From the NCBI GenBank assembly GCA_045611605.1, contig JAZKXN010000092.1, positions 3,674-67,673 of the forward strand: a DNA stretch of 64,000 bases. The letters run 5' to 3'. Position 1 is the first letter of the stretch; the number at the start of each line of letters is the position of its first letter. Origin of the DNA: Acutalibacteraceae bacterium (GTDB lineage: Bacteria > Bacillota > Clostridia > Oscillospirales > Acutalibacteraceae). A program made the position numbers and the translations under genes. Positions 27,041 to 36,915 of this stretch are shown here, piece by piece. The notes beneath the pieces were generated by a model. That model worked only from the letters and a program-made list of their open reading frames with translations. It ran no database searches and was not told the origin of the DNA.

Positions 27041-28861
27041 ATGATTCGTGCACATGTCTTAATTTGTGGCGGTACAGGTTGTACTTCTTCGGGCAGTGCT
27101 TCAATTCAGAAGGCATTTGAAGAAAATCTCAAAGCATTTGACCTTACTGAAGAAGTAAAACTCGTTCAGACAGGTTGTTTCGGTCTTTGCGAACTCGGTC
27201 CCGTTGTTATCGTTTATCCTGACGGCACTTTCTATAGCCGTGTATCTGTTGACGATGTAAAAGAAATCGTTGAAGAACACTTGCTTAAAGGTCGTAAGGT
27301 TGACCGCCTTGTTTATGATGAAACAGGCGATGAAGCACCTGCTGTTGAAGGCAATGTTGCTTTAAATGACACTGTATTCTACAAATCACAAAACCGTGTA
27401 GTTCTTCGTAACTGTGGTGTTATCGACCCTGAAAACATTGAAGAATATATTGCAATGGACGGTTATGCTGCTTTAGGTAAGGTATTAACCGAAATGAAGC
27501 CTGAAGAAGTTATTCAGGTTGTTAAGGATTCAGGTCTCCGTGGTCGTGGCGGCGGCGGCTTCCCGACAGGTCTTAAGTGGGCTTTAACTGCTCCTAATCA
27601 GGCTGACCAAAAATATGTAGTATGTAATGCCGACGAAGGCGACCCCGGTGCATTTATGGACCGTTCTATCTTGGAAGGTGACCCCCACTGCTTGGTTGAA
27701 GCAATGGCTATCGCAGGTTATGCTATCGGCGCTACCGAAGGTTATGTTTATGTTCGTGCTGAATATCCTATCGCTGTTCAGCGTTTACAGAAGGCTATTG
27801 ACGATGCTCGTGCTTACGGTCTTTTGGGTAAAGACATTTTCGGCACCGGTTTTGATTTCGATCTTTTCATCCGTCTTGGCGCAGGCGCATTCGTTTGCGG
27901 TGAAGAAACCGCTCTTATGACTTCTATCGAAGGTAATCGTGGTGAACCCAGACCCCGTCCTCCTTATCCTGCAGTTAAGGGTCTTTTCGGCAAACCCACC
28001 GTTGAAAACAATGTTGAAACCTTTGCTAACATTCCTCAGATCATCCTTAAGGGTGTTGACTGGTTCACATCTATGGGTACTGAAAAGTCAAAGGGTACTA
28101 AGGTATTCGCTCTTGGCGGTAAAATTGCTCACACCGGCCTTGTTGAAATTGCTATGGGTACCACTCTCCGTCACATCATCGATGAAATCGGCGGCGGTAT
28201 TCCTAACGGCAAGAAGTTCAAGGCAGCTCAGACCGGTGGTCCTTCAGGTGGTTGTATTCCTGCACACCTTATCGATACGCCTGTTGACTATGACAACCTT
28301 ACAGCTATCGGTTGTATGATGGGTTCAGGCGGTCTTATCGTTATGGACGAAGACAACTGTATGGTTGATATGGCTAAGTTCTTCCTTGAATTCACTGTTG
28401 ACGAATCTTGCGGTAAGTGTACTCCTTGCCGTGTAGGTACAAAGCGTCTTTTGGAAATTCTTGACAAGATTACTTCAGGTAAGGGCACACTCGAAGATGT
28501 TGACCGTCTTGAAGAACTCTGCTACTACATTAAGCAGAACTCACTTTGCGGTCTCGGTCAGACTGCTCCTAACCCTGTACTTTCAACACTTAACTTCTTC
28601 CGTGATGAATATATCGCTCACGTTGTTGATAAGAAGTGCCCTGCAGGTGTATGTACCGACCTTCTCAAGTTCGTTATTGACCAAGATAAGTGTATCGGTT
28701 GTGGCGTTTGCGCTAGAAACTGCCCTGTAGATGCTATTCAAAAGACTGATTATATTGCACCCGGTCACAAGCTTCCTTCTTACACTATCGATACTGACAA
28801 GTGCGTTAAGTGCGGCGTTTGTATGGGTAACTGTAAGTTTAAGGCAATCAGCAAGAATTAA
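27041..28861 (+). CDS. hydB: NuoF-like FMN/NAD(H)-binding subunit of bifurcating [FeFe]-hydrogenase (HydB)
   Basis: Start at the ATG 8 nt after GGAGG. The protein has an N-terminal 2Fe-2S domain, GRGGGGFPTG (FMN site), a SLBB/NuoF 4Fe-4S motif and 2x C-terminal CxxCxxCxxxCP. Confidence 0.9.
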   Translation: MIRAHVLICGGTGCTSSGSASIQKAFEENLKAFDLTEEVKLVQTGCFGLCELGPVVIVYPDGTFYSRVSVDDVKEIVEEHLLKGRKVDRLVYDETGDEAPAVEGNVALNDTVFYKSQNRVVLRNCGVIDPENIEEYIAMDGYAALGKVLTEMKPEEVIQVVKDSGLRGRGGGGFPTGLKWALTAPNQADQKYVVCNADEGDPGAFMDRSILEGDPHCLVEAMAIAGYAIGATEGYVYVRAEYPIAVQRLQKAIDDARAYGLLGKDIFGTGFDFDLFIRLGAGAFVCGEETALMTSIEGNRGEPRPRPPYPAVKGLFGKPTVENNVETFANIPQIILKGVDWFTSMGTEKSKGTKVFALGGKIAHTGLVEIAMGTTLRHIIDEIGGGIPNGKKFKAAQTGGPSGGCIPAHLIDTPVDYDNLTAIGCMMGSGGLIVMDEDNCMVDMAKFFLEFTVDESCGKCTPCRVGTKRLLEILDKITSGKGTLEDVDRLEELCYYIKQNSLCGLGQTAPNPVLSTLNFFRDEYIAHVVDKKCPAGVCTDLLKFVIDQDKCIGCGVCARNCPVDAIQKTDYIAPGHKLPSYTIDTDKCVKCGVCMGNCKFKAISKN

Positions 28862-28879
28862 GAAAGGAGCCGAATAATA

Positions 28880-30631
28880 ATGGATATGATTACTTTAAAA
28901 ATTAATGGTATTTCCGTTTCTGTACCTAAGGGCTCTACAGTATTAGATGCTGCCCGTGTTGCCGGTATTGAAATCCCCACCCTTTGCTTTATGAAAGAAA
29001 AGAACGAAATCGGTGCTTGCCGTATTTGCGTTGTTGAAGTAAACGAAGGCCGTGGATTTAGAATGGTTACTGCTTGCGTATTCCCCGTAAGTGAAGGTAT
29101 GGAAGTTTTAACCAATACAGAAAAAGTTCAAAAGGCTCGTAAGACCACTTTGGAGCTTATTCTTTCAACACATGAAAAGAAGTGTCTTTCTTGCTCACGC
29201 TCAACCAACTGCGAACTTCAGAAGCTTTGCCTTGATTATGGCGTTGATGAAGCTGCATTTGAAGGCTTTAAGCCTGTTTACGAGCTTGACGAAAGCACTC
29301 CCCACTTAGTACGCGACAACAACAAGTGTATCCTTTGCCGTCGTTGTGTTGCTGCTTGTAACGAACAGTATGTTGGTGTTATCGGCGCTAATAACCGTGG
29401 TATTGACACCAATATCGGCACTCCGTTTGAAGTTGGTCTTTCTAAAGTTCCTTGTATTTCTTGCGGTCAGTGTACAGTTGTATGTCCTACAGGTGCATTG
29501 GTTGAAAAGGACGACACAGATAAGATTTGGGCAGCTCTTGCTGATCCTACAAAGCATGTTGTTGTTCAGACCGCTCCTTCAGTTCGTGTAACTCTCGGCG
29601 AATGCTTCGGTATGCCCGTTGGTTCAAATGTTGAAGGTAAAATGGTTGCAGCTCTTCGTCGTCTTGGCTTTGCTAAGGTATTTGATACCGACTTTGCAGC
29701 TGACCTTACTATCGTTGAAGAAGCAAATGAACTTGTACAGCGTATTCAGAACGGCGGAACTCTTCCGATGATTACTTCTTGCTCACCTGGTTGGGTTAAG
29801 TTCTGTGAATACTACTATCCCGATATGATTAACCATCTATCTTCCTGCAAATCTCCTCAGCAGATGGCAGGTGCAGTAATTAAAACCTACTATGCTAACA
29901 AGATGGGTATAGATGCTAAGGATATCGTTTCAGTTTCTGTTATGCCTTGTACTGCAAAGAAATTTGAAATCGGTCGTGAAGATCAGTCTGCTGCAGGTGT
30001 TCCCGATGTTGATATCGCTATCACTACTCGTGAACTCGGCCGTATGATTGACCGTGCAGGTATCAAGTTTACCGCTCTTCCTGATGAAGAATTTGATTCG
30101 CCTCTCGGTGAAGATACCGGCGCAGCTGTTATCTTCGGTGCTACCGGCGGTGTTATGGAAGCAGCTCTCCGTACCGCTAACGACTGGCTCACCGGTAAGG
30201 ATAACACTGAAGTTGACTTTACTGCAGTTCGTGGCACTATGGGTCTCAAGCAGGCAACTGTTAATATTAACGGCAGCGATATCAAGGTTGCTGTTGCTTC
30301 AGGCGCAGCTGCTGCTAAGTGCGTAATGGATCAACTCAAAGCAGGCAACCCTGCAGGTTGGACCTTTATCGAAATCATGGGTTGCCCCGGCGGTTGTGTA
30401 AACGGCGGCGGTCAGCCTATCCAGCCTCAGTCTGTACGCGATACTGTTGATCTTAAGGCAGTTCGTGCTAAGGCACTTTATGATCAGGATGCTTCAATGG
30501 CTATTCGTAAGTCACACGAATCACCTGTTGTAAAGACTCTTTACAGCGAATGGTATGACGGCTTTGGCGGTCATAAAGCTCATCACGATTTGCATACAAG
30601 CTATGTAGCTCGTGAAAAGTATGGCAAATAA
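28880..30631 (+). CDS. hydA: [FeFe]-hydrogenase catalytic subunit, group A (HydA)
   Basis: 583 aa with an N-terminal 2Fe-2S plus His-ligated and 2x[4Fe-4S] F-clusters. H-cluster motifs are TSCSPGW (L1 variant), MPCTAKKFE (L2) and EIMGCPGGCVNGGGQP (L3). Confidence 0.95.
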   Translation: MDMITLKINGISVSVPKGSTVLDAARVAGIEIPTLCFMKEKNEIGACRICVVEVNEGRGFRMVTACVFPVSEGMEVLTNTEKVQKARKTTLELILSTHEKKCLSCSRSTNCELQKLCLDYGVDEAAFEGFKPVYELDESTPHLVRDNNKCILCRRCVAACNEQYVGVIGANNRGIDTNIGTPFEVGLSKVPCISCGQCTVVCPTGALVEKDDTDKIWAALADPTKHVVVQTAPSVRVTLGECFGMPVGSNVEGKMVAALRRLGFAKVFDTDFAADLTIVEEANELVQRIQNGGTLPMITSCSPGWVKFCEYYYPDMINHLSSCKSPQQMAGAVIKTYYANKMGIDAKDIVSVSVMPCTAKKFEIGREDQSAAGVPDVDIAITTRELGRMIDRAGIKFTALPDEEFDSPLGEDTGAAVIFGATGGVMEAALRTANDWLTGKDNTEVDFTAVRGTMGLKQATVNINGSDIKVAVASGAAAAKCVMDQLKAGNPAGWTFIEIMGCPGGCVNGGGQPIQPQSVRDTVDLKAVRAKALYDQDASMAIRKSHESPVVKTLYSEWYDGFGGHKAHHDLHTSYVAREKYGK

Positions 30632-30640
30632 TATAAAATT

Positions 30641-30672
30641 AAGGAGTCAACTGAAAGGTTGACTCCTTTTTT
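30641..30672 (+). terminator. Intrinsic terminator after hydA
   Basis: An 11-bp perfect stem (AAGGAGTCAAC/GTTGACTCCTT) with a 6-nt loop and a T-run. Confidence 0.85.
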
Positions 30673-30675
30673 CTA

Positions 30676-30882
30676 TTAATCCTTATCACAACAAGTGTCT
30701 TTTCGGAAAAGCAAAGAAATACACCAAACACCTGCAAGAGCAATTACGGTGTAAATGATTCGGCTAATAATTGCTGTGCTACCGCCAAATGCCCAAGCCA
30801 CAAGGTCAAAAGAGAAAAGTCCTACAAGACCCCAGTTTAAAGCACCGATTATAACAAGAATTAAGCAAATTTTATCAAACAT
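30676..30882 (-). CDS. DUF378 family small membrane protein
   Basis: Start at MFDKICLILVIIGALNWGLVG (DUF378 signature GALNWGLVG) with SD AAAGGAG upstream. Confidence 0.7.
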   Translation of the reverse strand: MFDKICLILVIIGALNWGLVGLFSFDLVAWAFGGSTAIISRIIYTVIALAGVWCISLLFRKDTCCDKD

Positions 30883-30934
30883 AATTTCAACTCCTTTTGT
30901 AAACATATCATTTACCAAAAAAGGTGAAATATAC

Positions 30935-30972
30935 AAAAAAGCAACGATTTTTTAAAAAAATCGTTGCTTTTA
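30935..30972 (-). terminator. Intrinsic terminator after dapB
   Basis: GCAACGA...TCGTTGC hairpin flanked by A and T runs. On the minus strand it is followed by TTTTTTG. Confidence 0.7.
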
Positions 30973-30975
30973 AAT

Positions 30976-31728
30976 TTAAAATGACATTATGTCGTTCATA
31001 TCGTAAAGACCGGAAGCCTTTGATGCAATAAACTTCGCTGCACGGATTGCACCCACTGCAAACACTTCTTTTGAAGTTGCACTGTGTGAAAGTGTGATAA
31101 CTTCATCTCTGCCTGCAAAAATAACATCGTGTTCTCCAACGATTGTACCACCGCGTACCGAATGAATACCAATTTCGTTTTTCGGTCTTTTGGCGCGTTT
31201 TGAATGGCGGTCATATTCATAGTTGTAACTATCATCAAACTGTGAATTAACAGCATTTGCAAGCATTAAAGCTGTGCCTGAAGGGGCATCAATTTTAAGA
31301 TTATGGTGTTTTTCAATAATTTCAACATCAAAGTCGCTGCCCAAAACCGAAGCAGCTTTCTTCGCAAGGGAACATAGTAAATTAACGCCGATTGACATAT
31401 TGAAAGTGAAGAAAACGGGAATATTCTTAGCGGCATTTTTAATTTTTTCAATTTGCTCTGCAGAATAGCCCGTTGTAGCAATTACTACAGGTGTGTTGCT
31501 TTTAATAGCGTAATCTAAAAGAGAATCAAGCAAAGCAACATTTGAAAAGTCGATAATTACATCTGCTTTAACATTAAGTGACTCGAAATCAGAAAATATA
31601 GGATATTTCTGACCGATATTTACCTTATCAACGCCTGCAACAATTTCAATTTCGGTGTCATTTGCGGCACAGTCAGTAATAAAACCGCCCATTTTTCCGC
31701 TTGCGCCTACTAGTATGGCCTTTAACAT
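30976..31728 (-). CDS. dapB: 4-hydroxy-tetrahydrodipicolinate reductase
   Basis: Starts MLKAILVGASGKMG (Rossmann motif) and carries EKHHNLKIDAPSGTA (the E-x-HH-x-K-DAPSGTA signature). Confidence 0.9.
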   Translation of the reverse strand: MLKAILVGASGKMGGFITDCAANDTEIEIVAGVDKVNIGQKYPIFSDFESLNVKADVIIDFSNVALLDSLLDYAIKSNTPVVIATTGYSAEQIEKIKNAAKNIPVFFTFNMSIGVNLLCSLAKKAASVLGSDFDVEIIEKHHNLKIDAPSGTALMLANAVNSQFDDSYNYEYDRHSKRAKRPKNEIGIHSVRGGTIVGEHDVIFAGRDEVITLSHSATSKEVFAVGAIRAAKFIASKASGLYDMNDIMSF

Positions 31729-31750
31729 TTTTTCACATCCCAAATATTAT

Positions 31751-32641
31751 TTAGGTTAATAGATTACATTCACAAAGTTTTTGGATTAAAAAGTTTAAGT
31801 TCTGTTCATTCATTGGGTAAAGGGGAAGACGACAAGGTCCTGCATTTTGACCCAACAAATTCATTGCAGTTTTAATAGGAACGGGGTTAACATCGCAAAA
31901 CAGAGCCTTAATAAGCCCCATATATCTAATTTGCGAAGCCATTGCAGTTTTTACATTGCCTACCCAAAAGTTTTGACACAAGTTGTGAATTTCGGTTGGT
32001 AAAATGTTAGAAATGACCGAAATTACTCCTAACCCACCAAGTGACATAATTGGCACAATTTGGTCATCATTGCCCGAATATATCCACAAATCGTCACCGC
32101 AGAGATATGCAGTTTCACAAACCTTTGAAAGATTACCCGACGCTTCCTTTGTAGCAACAATGTTTTTGTGTTTAGACAGGGCTTTGTAGGTTTTGGGTTC
32201 AATATCCACACCTGTGCGGGATGGGACATTGTAAAGAATTATTGGTTTTCCCACACGGTCGGCAATATAACCGTAATGTGCAATTAAACCATCTTGTGAT
32301 GCTTTGTTATAATAAGGTGTTACCATTAAAAAAGCATCGGCACCAAGCCTTTCGGCATCGTTACAAAGTTCTACCGTGTAAAGTGTGTCGTTACTTCCTG
32401 TACCTGCAATAATAGGTACTTTGTTTTGTGCGGCTTCGACCGCCGTTTCAATAACTTTTAAATGCTCGTCATATTTTAAGGTTGACTTCTCACCGGTGGT
32501 GCCGCAAATTACAAGGGCATCAATACCGGATGCTATTTGACTTTTGACAAGTGTTCGAAGGTGTTTAAAGTTAACACTGCCGTCTTCATTCATCGGGGTT
32601 ATAAGTGCCGTTGCGGCACCCGTGAACACTTTCGGCTTCAA
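31751..32641 (-). CDS. dapA: 4-hydroxy-tetrahydrodipicolinate synthase
   Basis: 296 aa with GTTGE and YNVPSRTG motifs and a Schiff-base Lys context (ATKEASG). Confidence 0.95.
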   Translation of the reverse strand: MKPKVFTGAATALITPMNEDGSVNFKHLRTLVKSQIASGIDALVICGTTGEKSTLKYDEHLKVIETAVEAAQNKVPIIAGTGSNDTLYTVELCNDAERLGADAFLMVTPYYNKASQDGLIAHYGYIADRVGKPIILYNVPSRTGVDIEPKTYKALSKHKNIVATKEASGNLSKVCETAYLCGDDLWIYSGNDDQIVPIMSLGGLGVISVISNILPTEIHNLCQNFWVGNVKTAMASQIRYMGLIKALFCDVNPVPIKTAMNLLGQNAGPCRLPLYPMNEQNLNFLIQKLCECNLLT

Positions 32642-32658
32642 AAAATCCCTCCAAAAAG

Positions 32659-33738
32659 TTAGTCCATATATCCTTTCGCGCAGAGAAGTTCAGCAAGTAA
32701 TACGGCACCGCCTGCAGCACCGCGAAGTGTGTTGTGTGAAAGACATACGAACTTATAATCGTACTGACTGTCTTCACGCAAACGACCGATAGACACAGCC
32801 ATACCGCCTTCAAGGTCGCGGTTAAGCTTGGTCTGTGGCATATTATCTTCAACAAAATAGTTGAGGAACTGCTTGGGAGCGTGGGGAAGTTCGAGATCTT
32901 GGGGAGCGCCCTTGAATTCTGCCCAAGTGTTTAAAATTTCTTCCTTGGTGGGCTTGTTTTTAAAGGTCACGAAAACTGCTGCCATATGACCGTCTGAAAC
33001 GGGAACACGAAGGCACTGCGCAGTAAACTTGGGAGAATCAGCGGGAACAATTTCGCCGTTTTCAATTTTGCCCCAAATTTTAAGCGGTTCTTTTTCGCTC
33101 TTTTCTTCTTCGCCACCGATAAAGGGAATAACATTATCAATCATTTCGGGCCAACGGTCAAAGGTTTTACCGGCGCCTGAAATTGCCTGATAGGTGCAAA
33201 CCAAAACATTTTCAACACCAAACTTATCAAGGGGATAAAGGGCAGGAACATAGCTTTGGAGTGAGCAATTTGATTTAACTGCAATAAAGCCCTTTTTAGT
33301 GCCAAGGCGCTTTCTTTGGCTTTCAATAATTTCTGCGTGGTCGTCATTAATTTCAGGGATAATCATAGGAACATCAGGTGTAAAGCGGTGAGCCGAGTTG
33401 TTAGAAATAACAGGGCATTCACGCTTAGCATAGGTTTCTTCGAGTGCCTTGATTTCATCTTTTTTCATATTAACTGCGCAGAAAACAAAATCAACCTTTG
33501 AAACGATTTCGTCTATATCCTTTTCAGCGTCGTAAACAATCATATCTTTAAGGCTTTCGGGCATGGGTGAAGTCATTGCCCAACGACTTCCAACTGCATC
33601 GGTATAAGATTTACCTGCAGAATTTGCACTTGCAGCCAAAGCGGTAACATTAAACCAAGGATGGTCGTGAAGTAAAAGTGCAAAACGCTGACCAACCATA
33701 CCGGTAGCGCCGATAATACCTACATTGTATTTTTTCAT
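32659..33738 (-). CDS. asd: Aspartate-semialdehyde dehydrogenase
   Basis: 359 aa with GATGMVGQR, an active-site SNCS motif and HNTLRGAAG near the C-terminus. Confidence 0.95.
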   Translation of the reverse strand: MKKYNVGIIGATGMVGQRFALLLHDHPWFNVTALAASANSAGKSYTDAVGSRWAMTSPMPESLKDMIVYDAEKDIDEIVSKVDFVFCAVNMKKDEIKALEETYAKRECPVISNNSAHRFTPDVPMIIPEINDDHAEIIESQRKRLGTKKGFIAVKSNCSLQSYVPALYPLDKFGVENVLVCTYQAISGAGKTFDRWPEMIDNVIPFIGGEEEKSEKEPLKIWGKIENGEIVPADSPKFTAQCLRVPVSDGHMAAVFVTFKNKPTKEEILNTWAEFKGAPQDLELPHAPKQFLNYFVEDNMPQTKLNRDLEGGMAVSIGRLREDSQYDYKFVCLSHNTLRGAAGGAVLLAELLCAKGYMD

Positions 33739-33882
33739 TTTTAAAACATTCCTTTCAAAATTTGAAAATCACACTTGATATATATTTTATTATAATATAT
33801 AATTATATCCAAATAATAATACCATTTTGATTTGTTTTTGTCAAATGGTTTTACGCTATTTTTAAGGAAGAAACGAGAAAAA

Positions 33883-34905
33883 ATGAAAACAAGCGACTTT
33901 TATTATGATTTGCCCGAAGAATTAATTGCACAAACACCTGTTGAACCGCGTGACCGGTCGCGTCTTTTGGTGTTTAATAAGGACACAGGCGATTTATTAC
34001 ACAAACATTTTTATGATGTTTTTGATTATTTAAAGGCGGGAGACTGCCTTGTTTTAAACGACACAAGGGTTTTGCCTGCGCGAATTTTTGGTACCCGTAC
34101 AGACACAGGCAGTATTGTCGAATTTGTGTTATTAAAACAGAAAGAACAGAATATTTGGGAATGTCTTGCGGGTCCGGGTAAAAAGGCGAAGGTAGGGCAT
34201 AAGTTTACTTTTTCCGATAAATTATCCGCCGAAGTTATAGATGTTTTGGAAGATGGTAACCGCATTGTTAAATTCACCCCAAATGGTGAGTTTTTTGCCG
34301 TACTCGACGAAGTGGGTCAAATGCCGTTGCCACCTTATATTAAAGAAAAATTACAGGATAAAGAACGCTATCAGACAGTATATTCGCGTGAGCTTGGTTC
34401 TGCCGCAGCACCAACTGCAGGTCTACATTTTACTAATGAAATTCTTGCAAAACTAAAGGAACGCGGCATTAATATTGCTTATGTAACCCTGCATGTGGGT
34501 CTTGGTACTTTCCGCCCTGTTAAGGTTGATGATGTGACACAGCATAAAATGCACAGTGAGCATTATTCAATTACACAAGAAAATGCCGATATTATTAATA
34601 GCACCAAGCAAAACGGCGGTAGGGTGATTTGTGTTGGCACAACAAGCTGCCGCACCGTTGAAAGCGCAATGCAAAAATTTGGTGAAATTAAAGAGTGTAG
34701 TGATGATACTTCAATCTTTATTTACCCTGGTTACACATTTAAATGTATGGACGGTCTTATCACTAATTTCCACCTTCCCGAAAGCACACTTATAATGCTT
34801 GTTTCGGCATTTGCAGGCTATGAAAAAACAATGAATGCTTATAATGTTGCAGTTGCTGAAAAATATAGATTCTTTAGTTTCGGCGACGCGATGATAATTA
34901 TATAA
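33883..34905 (+). CDS. queA: S-adenosylmethionine:tRNA ribosyltransferase-isomerase
   Basis: Starts [19 protein letters not shown], the canonical QueA N-terminus, and has a C-terminal FFSFGDAM motif. Confidence 0.95.
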   Translation: MKTSDFYYDLPEELIAQTPVEPRDRSRLLVFNKDTGDLLHKHFYDVFDYLKAGDCLVLNDTRVLPARIFGTRTDTGSIVEFVLLKQKEQNIWECLAGPGKKAKVGHKFTFSDKLSAEVIDVLEDGNRIVKFTPNGEFFAVLDEVGQMPLPPYIKEKLQDKERYQTVYSRELGSAAAPTAGLHFTNEILAKLKERGINIAYVTLHVGLGTFRPVKVDDVTQHKMHSEHYSITQENADIINSTKQNGGRVICVGTTSCRTVESAMQKFGEIKECSDDTSIFIYPGYTFKCMDGLITNFHLPESTLIMLVSAFAGYEKTMNAYNVAVAEKYRFFSFGDAMIII

Positions 34906-34922
34906 TTCTAGGAGAATATTTA

Positions 34923-36053
34923 ATGTATAAATTAATTAGCGATAAAGATGGTGCGCGCAGGGGCGAGTTTCATACAAACCGCGGCACAGTGCAAACACCT
35001 GCTTTTATGAATGTTGCTACCTGTGGTGCAATTAAGGGTGCTGTTTCAGCAGAAGATTTAAAAACACTCGGTTGTCAGGTAATGCTTTCAAATACCTACC
35101 ATTTACATGTGCGCCCAGGCGATAAACTTATTAAAGATTGTGGCGGCCTTCATAAATTTACCACTTGGGATGGTCCGATTTTGACCGACAGTGGCGGTTT
35201 TCAGGTGTTTTCGCTTTCTTCACTTCGCAAAATTGAAGAAGAAGGCGTGACCTTTGCTTCGCATGTTGACGGTAAGCGCATTTTTATGGGTCCCGAAGAA
35301 AGTATGCAAATTCAGTCAAACTTGGGCTCGACTATTGCGATGGCATTTGATGAGTGTGTTGAAAACCCTGCGGCTTACAGTTATTCTAAAGCATCATGCG
35401 AACGCACAACCCGTTGGCTAAAGAGATGCAAGGCAGAAATGGCAAGACTTAATGGCTTGGAAGATACAATCAATCCCGAGCAAATGCTTTTCGGTATTAA
35501 TCAGGGCTGTACTTATGAAGATTTGCGTGTTAACCATATGAAAGAAATCGCCGATTTAGATTTAAACGGTTATGCAATCGGCGGTCTTGCAGTTGGTGAG
35601 CCTGCTGAAGTTATGTATGATATAATAGAAAAGGTTACACCCCATATGCCGCAAAACAAAATTCGCTACTTAATGGGTGTGGGTACACCTGCAAATATTT
35701 TAAACGCGGTTGAACGCGGTGTTGATTTATTTGACTGTGTAATGCCAAGCCGTAATGCCCGTCACGGTCATTTATTCACAAGCGAAGGTATTATTAATAT
35801 CAACAATAAAAAGTACGAAAATGATATGCGCCCCATTGATGAAAATTGCGGTTGCCCTGTGTGTCAAAGTTTTAGCCGCGCGTATATTCGTCACCTTTTA
35901 AAGAGCGAAGAAATGCTTTCACAACGCCTTTTGGTTATGCACAATTTGTGGTTTTATAATCACCTTATGGAAGATATCCGTAATGCACTTGATGAAGGCA
36001 GATTTGCCGAATTTAAACGCGAAAAAGAAATTATATATTCAAAAAGAATATAG
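34923..36053 (+). CDS. tgt: tRNA-guanosine(34) transglycosylase
   Basis: 376 aa with TDSGGFQV, MAFDEC and the zinc motif CxCxxC...H (CGCPVC). Confidence 0.95.
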   Translation: MYKLISDKDGARRGEFHTNRGTVQTPAFMNVATCGAIKGAVSAEDLKTLGCQVMLSNTYHLHVRPGDKLIKDCGGLHKFTTWDGPILTDSGGFQVFSLSSLRKIEEEGVTFASHVDGKRIFMGPEESMQIQSNLGSTIAMAFDECVENPAAYSYSKASCERTTRWLKRCKAEMARLNGLEDTINPEQMLFGINQGCTYEDLRVNHMKEIADLDLNGYAIGGLAVGEPAEVMYDIIEKVTPHMPQNKIRYLMGVGTPANILNAVERGVDLFDCVMPSRNARHGHLFTSEGIININNKKYENDMRPIDENCGCPVCQSFSRAYIRHLLKSEEMLSQRLLVMHNLWFYNHLMEDIRNALDEGRFAEFKREKEIIYSKRI

Positions 36054-36056
36054 CAC

Positions 36057-36085
36057 TTGCTTTTTTCTGGAAATTAGGGTATAAT
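36057..36085 (+). promoter_or_regulatory. Sigma-A type promoter upstream of yajC
   Basis: TTGCTT, a 17-nt spacer, then TATAAT. Confidence 0.55.
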
Positions 36086-36119
36086 ACCATTTGACATTTA
36101 ATTTGGAGGAAGTTTTACA

Positions 36120-36449
36120 ATGAATTTTGAATTTTTAACACTTGCTGATAAAAATCCCGGCGGTCTTAATATGATTTGGATTATTTTGGTATATGCAGTG
36201 CTTTTCGGTGCAATGTATCTTATCTTTATCCGTCCTAACCGCAAAAAGCAAAAAGAAGAACAAAAAATGCGTGAAAATTTGCAGATTGGTGATGAAATTG
36301 TTACCATCGGCGGTATTTACGGTCGTGTTATTTCTTTAAAGGAAGACAGCATGGTTATTGAATCTAAAGCTGACCGCAGCAAAATGACAATTGCTCGTTG
36401 GGCTTTACAGCAAAATCTTACTGTTCACGACGAAGTAGCTAAAAAATAA
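36120..36449 (+). CDS. yajC: Preprotein translocase subunit YajC
   Basis: 109 aa with one TM helix, then RPNRKKQKE...LQIGDEIVTIGGIYGRV, the YajC signature. Confidence 0.85.
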   Translation: MNFEFLTLADKNPGGLNMIWIILVYAVLFGAMYLIFIRPNRKKQKEEQKMRENLQIGDEIVTIGGIYGRVISLKEDSMVIESKADRSKMTIARWALQQNLTVHDEVAKK

Positions 36450-36461
36450 GTAATAAAATAT

Positions 36462-36500
36462 GTCCCTTCCGAATAGACTTTATCGGGAGGGACTTGTTTT
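36462..36500 (+). terminator. Terminator-like hairpin after yajC that overlaps the SD of the next gene
   Basis: A 10-bp stem (GTCCCTTCCG/CGGGAGGGAC) with a 12-nt loop, then TTGTTTT, directly followed by ATG at 36501. Confidence 0.7.
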
Positions 36501-36887
36501 ATGCCTAAAAAATTAGATTATATATTTTTGCTTAAGATTTTAATTATTCTTGTGTTAACTACGGTTTTGTCGATGTTTTTGTTTGCCGCGGTTTTGTATT
36601 TTTTAGAAGGCGGTTATGAATATTCACCGCTTTTTGCATCAATATCGTCAGGTGTCGGCTGTTTTGCGGCATCGCTTTATGCTTCTAAAAAAATAGGGCA
36701 AAAGGGACTGCTGGTAGGTAGCATTATCGGTGGTATCTGTTTTATTATAATAACACTTGTGAGCCTTATGGCAAGTAAGGATATTTTTACTGTTAACACG
36801 CTTTTTAAACTGATTATTATAATGCTTTTATCATTTATCGGCGGTGTGCTTGGGGTTAATTCAAAACAAAATCAAAAGTACATATAA
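36501..36887 (+). CDS. Small integral membrane protein (TIGR04086/YrzE-like, tentative)
   Basis: 128 aa with about four hydrophobic segments. It occupies the position after yajC. Confidence 0.6.
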   Translation: MPKKLDYIFLLKILIILVLTTVLSMFLFAAVLYFLEGGYEYSPLFASISSGVGCFAASLYASKKIGQKGLLVGSIIGGICFIIITLVSLMASKDIFTVNTLFKLIIIMLLSFIGGVLGVNSKQNQKYI

Positions 36888-36889
36888 AA

Positions 36890-36912
36890 AAGCCCGACTT
36901 TATGTCGGGCTT
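36890..36912. terminator. Bidirectional terminator hairpin
   Basis: AAGCCCGAC-tttat-GTCGGGCTT with an A-run upstream and TT downstream. It lies between convergent genes. Confidence 0.7.
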
Positions 36913-36915
36913 AAA

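Noticed and set aside
33739-33882. Possible lysine (L-box) riboswitch upstream of asd-dapA-dapB, together with the palindrome TTTCAAAATTTGAAA at 33753-33767.
   Set aside because: The upstream region is only about 100 nt of almost pure AT, too short and unstructured for an L-box. The palindrome is AT-only and overlaps the SD, so it may be chance. I have no further support.
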